Source of the DNA: Candidatus Aegiribacteria sp.
GTDB taxonomy: Bacteria > Fermentibacterota > Fermentibacteria > Fermentibacterales > JCC-6
Assembly: GCA_046498225.1 (NCBI GenBank)
Contig: JAWOBF010000059.1
Location: forward strand, 32,001-96,000
Direction: 5' to 3'
Length of the DNA stretch: 64,000 nucleotides
The notes below the pieces were generated by a model. The model saw nothing but the letters and a program-made list of their open reading frames with translations, was not told where the DNA came from and did no database searches. The position numbers and the translations under genes are program-made. Shown here one piece after another: positions 57,512 to 64,000 of this stretch; position 1 is the first letter of the stretch; the number at the start of each line of letters is the position of its first letter.

Positions 57512-58555
57512 TCACACCTCGAACTCGACCCCCGACCCGGAGACGATTTCACCGGCTTCGAAGGGCTCCCGCCCTGCGGAGGAGAGTATCTCCATGACCC
57601 TGTTCAGGTCCTTCCGGTCCACCACGGCCAGGATCCCCGCGCCCATGTTGAATGCCTTTCTCATCTCTTCGGTACGTATGTCTCCCAGCTCCTGTATCAT
57701 CCTGAATATTCCAGGAACCCTCCAGCTGCGGTCGATGAGCGCTCCGCAGCCCCGGGGCAGTATCCTCGAGAGGTTTCCCGGAATGCCTCCCCCCGTGATA
57801 TGGGCCAGGCCCTTGAGAAGCTTCATCTCCAGAAGCGGCCGAAGGGGTTCGAGGTAGCTCACATGGACCCGGAGCAGTGCATCGGCCACGGTCTCCCCCC
57901 CCAGCAGCGGATGGCTGTCCTCCGGTTTCATTCCCGCGGACTCGAAGATGACCTTCCTGGCCAGGGAGTAGCCGTTGGTATGAAGACCGCTGGAAGGCAG
58001 GCCCAATATGACGTCGCCGGGGGCGATTCGGGAACCGTCCATCACCATGTCGCGCTCCACAACTCCGACGATGGTGCCGGCCACGTCGTAGTCGCCCTCA
58101 CCGTAGAATCCAGGCATCTCCGCGGTCTCACCTCCCAGCAGGGAGCATCCGTTCTCCCTGCAGGCCCCGGCCAGCCCCGTGACTATTTCGGCGACGGTCA
58201 CCGCGGAAAGGCGGCCGCACGCTATGTAATCCATGAAGAAGAGTGGTTCGGCCCCCTGAACCAGTATATCGTTCACGCAGTGGTTCACCAGGTCCCGTCC
58301 CACGGTGCCGTACCTGCCGGTCATGGAGGCCAGCCTGAGCTTCGTGCCCACTCCGTCGGTGCTGGCCACCAGAACCGGTTCCCTCATTCCGGGAAAGCCG
58401 GCGCTGAAAAGCCCCCCGAACTGGCCAAGGTCGGAGAGCACCTCCTTCCGGAAGGTTTTCCGGACCGCGTCCTTCATGAGGGATACAGCCCTCTCCCCCT
58501 CACGGATGTCCACACCGCTCGACCGGTAATCCAGTTTCCCCGTCATATCCTGCAT
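57512..58555 (-). CDS. purM: Phosphoribosylformylglycinamidine cyclo-ligase
   Basis: STDGVGTK, GGETAEMPG, SSGLHTNGYS, HITGGG, FNMG. Confidence 0.97.
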   Translation of the reverse strand: MQDMTGKLDYRSSGVDIREGERAVSLMKDAVRKTFRKEVLSDLGQFGGLFSAGFPGMREPVLVASTDGVGTKLRLASMTGRYGTVGRDLVNHCVNDILVQGAEPLFFMDYIACGRLSAVTVAEIVTGLAGACRENGCSLLGGETAEMPGFYGEGDYDVAGTIVGVVERDMVMDGSRIAPGDVILGLPSSGLHTNGYSLARKVIFESAGMKPEDSHPLLGGETVADALLRVHVSYLEPLRPLLEMKLLKGLAHITGGGIPGNLSRILPRGCGALIDRSWRVPGIFRMIQELGDIRTEEMRKAFNMGAGILAVVDRKDLNRVMEILSSAGREPFEAGEIVSGSGVEFEV

Positions 58556-59460
58556 TCAGCCAGCTGGTTGGTGGAAAGGTAGAATTCCATCCTGGAATCG
58601 ATATCATCCCGCGTTATCTCCCTGAGTTTCTCGACTCCGAAACCGCTGCAGGCGAAGCTGGCGTTGACCGCGCCGTAGGCCAGTCCCCTCTTCATGCTCT
58701 GGAAATCGAGCTCGCTGTCGCTTCCGGACAGGTAGCCCAGAAGTCCCGAAGCGAAGGTATCGCCTGCCCCGGTAGGGTCTATCACCCTGCCCAGAGGATA
58801 GGCGGGAAGGATGAAGGGTACATCCCCCCCGAAGATAACCGCTCCGCCCGGACCCAGCTTCACCACGGCGTAGCGGGGCCCTGTGGTCAGAATGAAGGAA
58901 GCGGCATCGAAGAGGTTGAGCTCCCCGGAGATCATCAGGGCTTCGGTGGAATTGACTATCACTATGTCCGCCCTGGCGAAGACATCCAGGACCCTCTCCC
59001 GCTGCTGGTCTATCCAGAGGTTCATGGTGTCCACGGCCACCCATCGGGGGTTCCGGACCTGTTCCAGGACCTCCAGCTGAAGCACCGGGTCTATGTTGGC
59101 CAGGAAGATGCAGGGGGTGTTGACGTAATCCTCGGGCAGTATGGGCCGAAAGCTGGCGAAAACTCCCAGTTCGGTGCGCACGGTCCTCACGTCTCCGAAT
59201 TCCGGTCCGTATACACCCTCCCAGCGGAAGGTGGGACCCTGCCCGGTGGTGATGCCCCGGACGTCTATCCTTCTCTCCGCCAGGAACCGCTTCTCAGAAA
59301 CGGGAAAATCCGGTCCCACGACCCCCACCGCCTTCACCACATCGTAGCAGCCCGCTCCCAGGGAAAAATAGACGGCGGACCCTCCCAGCGTCTCCTCAAC
59401 CTTTCCCGCCGGAGTAGTAATAGTATCAAGAGCTACAGAGCCTACGACCAGTAATGCCAT
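58543..59460 (-). CDS. PfkB family carbohydrate kinase
   Basis: VGSVALD, LGGS, DTMN.WI, DPTGAGDTFA. Confidence 0.93.
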   Translation of the reverse strand: MALLVVGSVALDTITTPAGKVEETLGGSAVYFSLGAGCYDVVKAVGVVGPDFPVSEKRFLAERRIDVRGITTGQGPTFRWEGVYGPEFGDVRTVRTELGVFASFRPILPEDYVNTPCIFLANIDPVLQLEVLEQVRNPRWVAVDTMNLWIDQQRERVLDVFARADIVIVNSTEALMISGELNLFDAASFILTTGPRYAVVKLGPGGAVIFGGDVPFILPAYPLGRVIDPTGAGDTFASGLLGYLSGSDSELDFQSMKRGLAYGAVNASFACSGFGVEKLREITRDDIDSRMEFYLSTNQLAECRI

Positions 59461-59493
59461 TGTTCAACCAATCCGTCTATTCGTTAATGGGTT

Positions 59494-61212
59494 CTACATT
59501 CTCTCGGGAGCTTCCACGCCCAGTATTTCCAGAATGCCGCTTATGCATTCCCTGCATGACTCGCACAGCATCAGTCTGGCTGATGACAGCAGGGGACGGC
59601 GGACGTCCACCACTCTCACATGCTGGTAGAAACGGTGAAAACCGGTAGCCAGCTCCGCCAGCATCTCCGTCAGCCTGTGGGGCTCCATGGATCCGGCCGC
59701 GGCAGCCACCTGTACCGGGACCGACTCAAGCAGCCGCATCAGCTCCCTCTCGTGCTCTCCGTCCAGCAGAGCTGCGATATCCCCGGCGCTCCCCCGGTGC
59801 GCCCGCACTCCCGCTTCCTCCGCGGTGCGCAGAATGCCGGAGATCCTGGCGTGGGCGTACTGCACGTAGTAGACCGGGTTCTCGCTGGATTCCTTCCTGG
59901 CCAGGTCCAGGTCGAAGTCCATGTGGGCCTCCGCCCTTCTGGTGAGGAACAGGTACCTGGTCACGTCCGGGGAACCGGCTTCCGCAACCAGCTGGGCCAG
60001 GGTCACGTACTCACCGGCCCGGGTGGACATCTTGACCCGCTCTCCGCCCCTGAGGAGCGTCACGAACTGATGCAGGACCACCCTGAGCCTGTTCGAAACC
60101 TCCGCCTCTCCCAGCAGAGCCTTCAGGGCCGCCGTCACGTCCCTGCTGGTGTCCAGGTGATCGGCCCCGAAGACGTCGACGATGAGATGGAACCCCCTTC
60201 GGAACTTGTTCAGATGGTAGGCTATGTCCGGCATCCGGTAGGTATAGCTGCCGTCCGCCCTTCGAATGACCCTGTCCCGGGGTCTGCCGAGGGCGGTGAA
60301 ACGGAGCCACAGCTTGCGGGGGTCTTCCGGGTCACGTTGAATGAGGCTCCGGCCGTCGGGGTGAACAATCGACAGCTCCTCTATGGCCCGTTCCACATCC
60401 CCGGGGATGAGTTCGCTCTCGGCGAAGTACCTGTCGAAATCGATTCCCAGCAGGGCCAGGTCCGACCGGATCATTTCCATCGCCTTCTCCTCGGCGAAGG
60501 CGATGAAGGTGTCCCTGTCCTCCCGCCAGTTCAGTCCGCCTCCACGGACCTCCCCGAGCTCCCGGGCCCACCGGGTCAGGTATTCGCCCCTGTAACCGCC
60601 CTCGGGTATCTCTTCGTCCCCGCCGCCGCTGTACCTGGCCGCCAGGGACTCGCCGAGGAGCTTCATCTGCCTTCCGCCGTCGTTGTAGTAATACTCCCTG
60701 TTCACCGACCATCCCACCGCCTCCAGCAGCCTGGAGACGGCGTCGCCCAGCACCGCCTGCCTGCAGTGGCCCACGGTGAGCGGTCCGGTGGGATTGGAAC
60801 TGACGAACTCCACCAGGGCGGTCCTTCCTCTCCCCATGTCGGGAAGGAGGGGACCGAGACCGGAATCGGCCAGTGTTCGGCAGGTTCCCGCGAGGTAATC
60901 ATCTGAGAACCTGAAATTGATGAAACCCGGCCCGTCTATGCTGGGGGCAGCCACTCCCGGCAGGTCATCGCCGCACTTCTCCACTATCCTGCGGGCTATC
61001 TCCCGTGGAGCGGCCCTGACCATGCCCGCCAGAACCATCGCCGCGCTGCAGGACAGGTCACCGAAATCCAGGTTGTCCGAAGATGAGACCTCCGGATGGA
61101 AATCCACGTGTACAGAATCCCCCCAGATGGCCCTTACAGCCTCCTCCAGCTGCCTCGAAAGCTCAGTCCGCAGTCCGGCCGGACTCTTCATCCCCTGGCT
61201 CTCCATGGTCAT
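59494..61212 (-). CDS. argS: Arginine--tRNA ligase
   Basis: GPGFINF, EFVSSNPTGPLTVGH, GADH, KMSTR, YVQYAHARI, APERM. Confidence 0.97.
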   Translation of the reverse strand: MTMESQGMKSPAGLRTELSRQLEEAVRAIWGDSVHVDFHPEVSSSDNLDFGDLSCSAAMVLAGMVRAAPREIARRIVEKCGDDLPGVAAPSIDGPGFINFRFSDDYLAGTCRTLADSGLGPLLPDMGRGRTALVEFVSSNPTGPLTVGHCRQAVLGDAVSRLLEAVGWSVNREYYYNDGGRQMKLLGESLAARYSGGGDEEIPEGGYRGEYLTRWARELGEVRGGGLNWREDRDTFIAFAEEKAMEMIRSDLALLGIDFDRYFAESELIPGDVERAIEELSIVHPDGRSLIQRDPEDPRKLWLRFTALGRPRDRVIRRADGSYTYRMPDIAYHLNKFRRGFHLIVDVFGADHLDTSRDVTAALKALLGEAEVSNRLRVVLHQFVTLLRGGERVKMSTRAGEYVTLAQLVAEAGSPDVTRYLFLTRRAEAHMDFDLDLARKESSENPVYYVQYAHARISGILRTAEEAGVRAHRGSAGDIAALLDGEHERELMRLLESVPVQVAAAAGSMEPHRLTEMLAELATGFHRFYQHVRVVDVRRPLLSSARLMLCESCRECISGILEILGVEAPERM

Positions 61213-61546
61213 CGTAATCGATCCTGGGCACGTCGCTCCAGAGCATTTCCAGGTTGTAGTATTCCCTGGTCCCGGGCAGGAACACGTGGACCACCAGGTC
61301 CACGAAATCGAGAAGTATCCAGTTCCCTTCCTCGTATCCCTCTATATGGTGCTTCCTGAAACCGCTGCTCTTCGCCGTCTCCTCCACGTGGTCGGCGATG
61401 GCCCTGGCCTGTATCGGGTTCTCCGCGGTGGCCAGCAGGAACGCCTCCATCGTCAGGGGGACCGCGCTCATGTCCAGCGCTACCACACCGCTTCCGTGTC
61501 TCTCGTGAATGGCCTCCGCCAGAGTATCAAGAATATCCGTGGACAA
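61163..61546 (-). CDS. rsfS: Ribosome silencing factor
   Basis: EG.....WILLDF.D.VVH.F, REYYNLE.LW. Confidence 0.93.
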   Translation of the reverse strand: MSTDILDTLAEAIHERHGSGVVALDMSAVPLTMEAFLLATAENPIQARAIADHVEETAKSSGFRKHHIEGYEEGNWILLDFVDLVVHVFLPGTREYYNLEMLWSDVPRIDYDDHGEPGDEESGRTAD

Positions 61547-61564
61547 GTAACACCTCCATGCAGT

Positions 61565-62068
61565 TCATTCCGTCTGTTCGCTCTCCGGTATCTCTCCGCT
61601 TACGTCCCGGCCCAGGCAAACCGTAACCTCCACTTCCGCCCCTCCGGCCGGTGGGACCTCCCAGACCATCCGATCCTCCGGCACTCCCAGTATGGAGGCC
61701 ACCACGGCCGCCGACGACAGGTCCGGAACGTGAGATATCACCACCGTCTCTTCGTAGGGTTTCTCCGCCGCGTCCCCGGGATCGAAGGGCGCGAGTATCA
61801 CCGTTGAATCCGAGGATGACCTGAGGAGCATCCGCTGGGTCCTTCCGGCCAGTCCGTCTATGTAGGTTCCGTTCAGGACCAGTACCCTCACTGTGTCTGG
61901 AATGGTCAGCTCGGGCGCTTCCGGCAGGTCAGCCGTGTCCGGCGCCGCGGCGGTCTCCTCCTCCGGGGCGTCCGCGCCGGGTGGCGGTACCAGTATGGTT
62001 ACCGCCACCACCGCGATGGCCAGGCCCGCTATCACCCATCTCCAGGGGAAATTTCCCGCCGATGCCAT
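61565..62068 (-). CDS. LytR C-terminal domain membrane protein
   Basis: N-terminal TM, V.VLNGT...GLA, VTVCLG.D. Confidence 0.85.
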   Translation of the reverse strand: MASAGNFPWRWVIAGLAIAVVAVTILVPPPGADAPEEETAAAPDTADLPEAPELTIPDTVRVLVLNGTYIDGLAGRTQRMLLRSSSDSTVILAPFDPGDAAEKPYEETVVISHVPDLSSAAVVASILGVPEDRMVWEVPPAGGAEVEVTVCLGRDVSGEIPESEQTE

Positions 62069-62069
62069 C

Positions 62070-62564
62070 TCAGCTCCCTTCCACGGAGAAGAAGGGGCCC
62101 AGCCTGCGGTAGCTGTCCTCCAGGGAGGCGGAGAGTACCCTGGTCTCCCCCACCGTTGTCATGAAATTCGTATCGCCGGACCACCGGGGAAGCATGTGAA
62201 AATGAATATGACCCTCTATACCGGCCCCGGCGCATCCTCCGAGGTTCCATCCCCCGTTCATCCCCATGCATTCCATCCCCTCCGCCAGGGCCCTCTCGCA
62301 CCTGGCCAGAATACCTGGAAGGGTTTTCAGCTCCCGGTCGGTAAGACCGGCCAGGTCCGGAACGTGCCTCAGAGGAACTATCATCAGGTGGCCGTTTATG
62401 TAGGGAAATCGGTTCAGAACGACGAAGAAATCCTTCTCCCGATGAAGAACGAAGTTTTCCCTGTCATTTTCACGACTCGCCCCGATATCGCACAGCACGC
62501 ATCCCTCTTCAGTACCGGTGGCGGTTACGTAATCGCTCCTCCATGGGGCTCTCAGATGCTTCAC
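62070..62564 (-). CDS. HIT family hydrolase
   Basis: APWR..Y, CVLC, N.FPY..GH, AGAGI..HIHFH..PRW. GTG start at 62564. Confidence 0.93.
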   Translation of the reverse strand: MKHLRAPWRSDYVTATGTEEGCVLCDIGASRENDRENFVLHREKDFFVVLNRFPYINGHLMIVPLRHVPDLAGLTDRELKTLPGILARCERALAEGMECMGMNGGWNLGGCAGAGIEGHIHFHMLPRWSGDTNFMTTVGETRVLSASLEDSYRRLGPFFSVEGS

Positions 62565-63517
62565 GGGGCTCCCTCCCAGCCTATGACCGTATGCGGTCGC
62601 AGGACCGCGCCCGCGGGCACGTTCCCGTTTATGACCACACAGCCGTCGCCCACCGTGCAGCCGTCTCCCAGCCTGGTGGAGCCGGACAGCCTGACCCATC
62701 TTCCGATGGAAACCCCCGACCCAATGGAAACCGATTCCTCTATCCAGACGCTGCGGGGGTCCGGCAGCTCCACTCCGGCCAGCATGTGGGACTCCACCAC
62801 CCGACCGCGGAGGCACTCCGTTGCGTCCGCCAGCTGGACCCTGTTGTTCACGCCGGAAACCTCCCTGTGATCCGGGGCCTCCACCGCGACGCAGGCCAGC
62901 CCCCTGCGGGAAGCCGCTTTCACGGCATCGGTCAGGTAATACTCGTTCTGGTCGTTGTCGGTTCCTATAGCTTCCAGAAGTCCGGGCAGCACGCTGCCGT
63001 CGAAGGACATAAGGCCGGTGTTGATCTCGTCAATTGCCCTCTGTTCAGCCGTGCAGTCCCTGTCCTCCACTATGGCGGAGATAAGCCGGTCCTTCCGGAC
63101 TACTCTGCCGTAGCCGGAGGGATCGGGCAGGCGGGTGGTGAGCACGGCCATGGCCGCCCCGGCGTTCCTCCTCGAATCCTCCAGCATCGCAACGGTGGAT
63201 GCCCTGAGAAGAGGCACATCGCCCAGAAGGACGGTGACACTTTCAGCGGTAATTCCTCTGAGACCGCATTTCACCGCGTGAGCGGTACCCAGCTGCTCCT
63301 CCTGTACGGCCCATTCGACATTCTCCCTCTCCAGAAGAGGGATTACGTCCTCCCTTCCGTGACCGACCACAACCACGGGGTTCTCCATCCCGGCGGCCTT
63401 CGCCTGCCTTACAACCCGCAGGACCATGGGAACTCCCAGGACCGGATGGAGGACCTTGGGAAGGGGGGATTTCATCCTCTTCCCCTGCCCGGCGGCCAGT
63501 ATTACGCAGGCTGTCAT
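62561..63517 (-). CDS. glmU: GlmU-like UDP-GlcNAc pyrophosphorylase with truncated acetyltransferase domain
   Basis: LAAG.GKRM.S..PKVLH, QLGTAHA, GDVPL, GYGR, EYYLTD, GVN.R; only a few hexapeptide repeats. Confidence 0.85.
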   Translation of the reverse strand: MTACVILAAGQGKRMKSPLPKVLHPVLGVPMVLRVVRQAKAAGMENPVVVVGHGREDVIPLLERENVEWAVQEEQLGTAHAVKCGLRGITAESVTVLLGDVPLLRASTVAMLEDSRRNAGAAMAVLTTRLPDPSGYGRVVRKDRLISAIVEDRDCTAEQRAIDEINTGLMSFDGSVLPGLLEAIGTDNDQNEYYLTDAVKAASRRGLACVAVEAPDHREVSGVNNRVQLADATECLRGRVVESHMLAGVELPDPRSVWIEESVSIGSGVSIGRWVRLSGSTRLGDGCTVGDGCVVINGNVPAGAVLRPHTVIGWEGAP

Positions 63518-63873
63518 ACGTCCAGCAGCCTGGGATTCCTGTTCCCGTCGTCCGCCACCACGACCCTGGGCGACGGGGGGGATTCACTGCCGTCCACCCA
63601 TACGAACTGCAGGATTATTGCCCTGTCTCCCGGATGGACCAGCCTTGCGGCCGCGCCGTTTATGCATATGGTCCCGCTGCCCGGCTCACCCTCGAGGACG
63701 TAGGTCTCGAACCGTTCGCCGCTCTCCAGGTCAGCCACCAGGACCCTCTCCCCCGGCAGAATGCCTGAAAGCCGGAGCAGGTCGGCGTCTATGGTTATAG
63801 ACCCGACGTAATCGAGGTCGGCCCCGGTTATTACCATTCTATGAAGTTTCGCTCCAAGAAAGCACCTGTGCAA
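63514..63873 (-). CDS. panD: Aspartate 1-decarboxylase
   Basis: AKLHR, YVGSITID (G-S cleavage site), RFETY, NGAAAR. TTG start follows GAAGGAG. Confidence 0.95.
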   Translation of the reverse strand: MHRCFLGAKLHRMVITGADLDYVGSITIDADLLRLSGILPGERVLVADLESGERFETYVLEGEPGSGTICINGAAARLVHPGDRAIILQFVWVDGSESPPSPRVVVADDGNRNPRLLDV

Positions 63874-63886
63874 GATATCTCCTTCC

Positions 63887-64000
63887 TCAGGAATCCCCGG
63901 TTTCCAGGATGACATTATCGATAAGCCGCGTACTGCCGAAATATACAGCAACCGCCAGCAGACCGTGTGGGTGGAGCGAATCCAGGGGCTCCATGGTGTC
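63887..64000 (-). CDS. panC: Pantoate--beta-alanine ligase, C-terminal fragment (not in the ORF track)
   Basis: Minus frame reads DTMEPL...LAVAVYFGSTRLIDNVIL, the RLIDN motif of PanC; it lies directly upstream of panD. Confidence 0.88.
   Translation of the reverse strand, partial: DTMEPLDSLHPHGLLAVAVYFGSTRLIDNVILETGDS

Noticed and set aside
1..64000. CRISPR arrays, tRNA/rRNA genes, transposases, integrases, prophage or defence islands
   Set aside because: None were recognised. Intergenic gaps are short, composition looks uniform and I saw no regular repeat arrays. A small RNA could be missed by eye.

Overview
A GC-rich (about 60-65% by eye), densely coding bacterial chromosomal segment of about 62 genes. 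I saw no rRNA, tRNA, CRISPR array, prophage or IS element. Most genes are core housekeeping or envelope functions: glycolysis (pfk-gap-pgk-tpi, apgM), Kdo/lipid A/Lpt genes with rpoN, alaS, argS, mnmA, nadA, purM, manA/manC, panC/panD, glmU and mltG/ruvX. Type IX secretion-like C-terminal domains and a secreted protein ending in STWGNIKSAF suggest an uncultured FCB-group anaerobe, possibly Ca. Fermentibacterota (inference only). The main highlights are: (1) a compact Spt + bCerS-like GNAT + CerR-like SDR ceramide (sphingolipid) locus next to the LPS operon; (2) an adenylate-forming ligase fused to a degenerate chorismate-mutase domain, translationally coupled to a DAHP synthase with no regulatory domain, upstream of the glycolytic genes; (3) a run of GT-C/TMEM260-like and TPR membrane proteins behind two T9SS-type metalloproteases, a candidate protein glycosylation system; (4) a C-terminal TWG putative sorting motif; (5) an exported caspase-like protein; (6) an AT-rich 14-mer shared by two divergent promoter regions. 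All calls come from motif recognition by eye; no searches were run.
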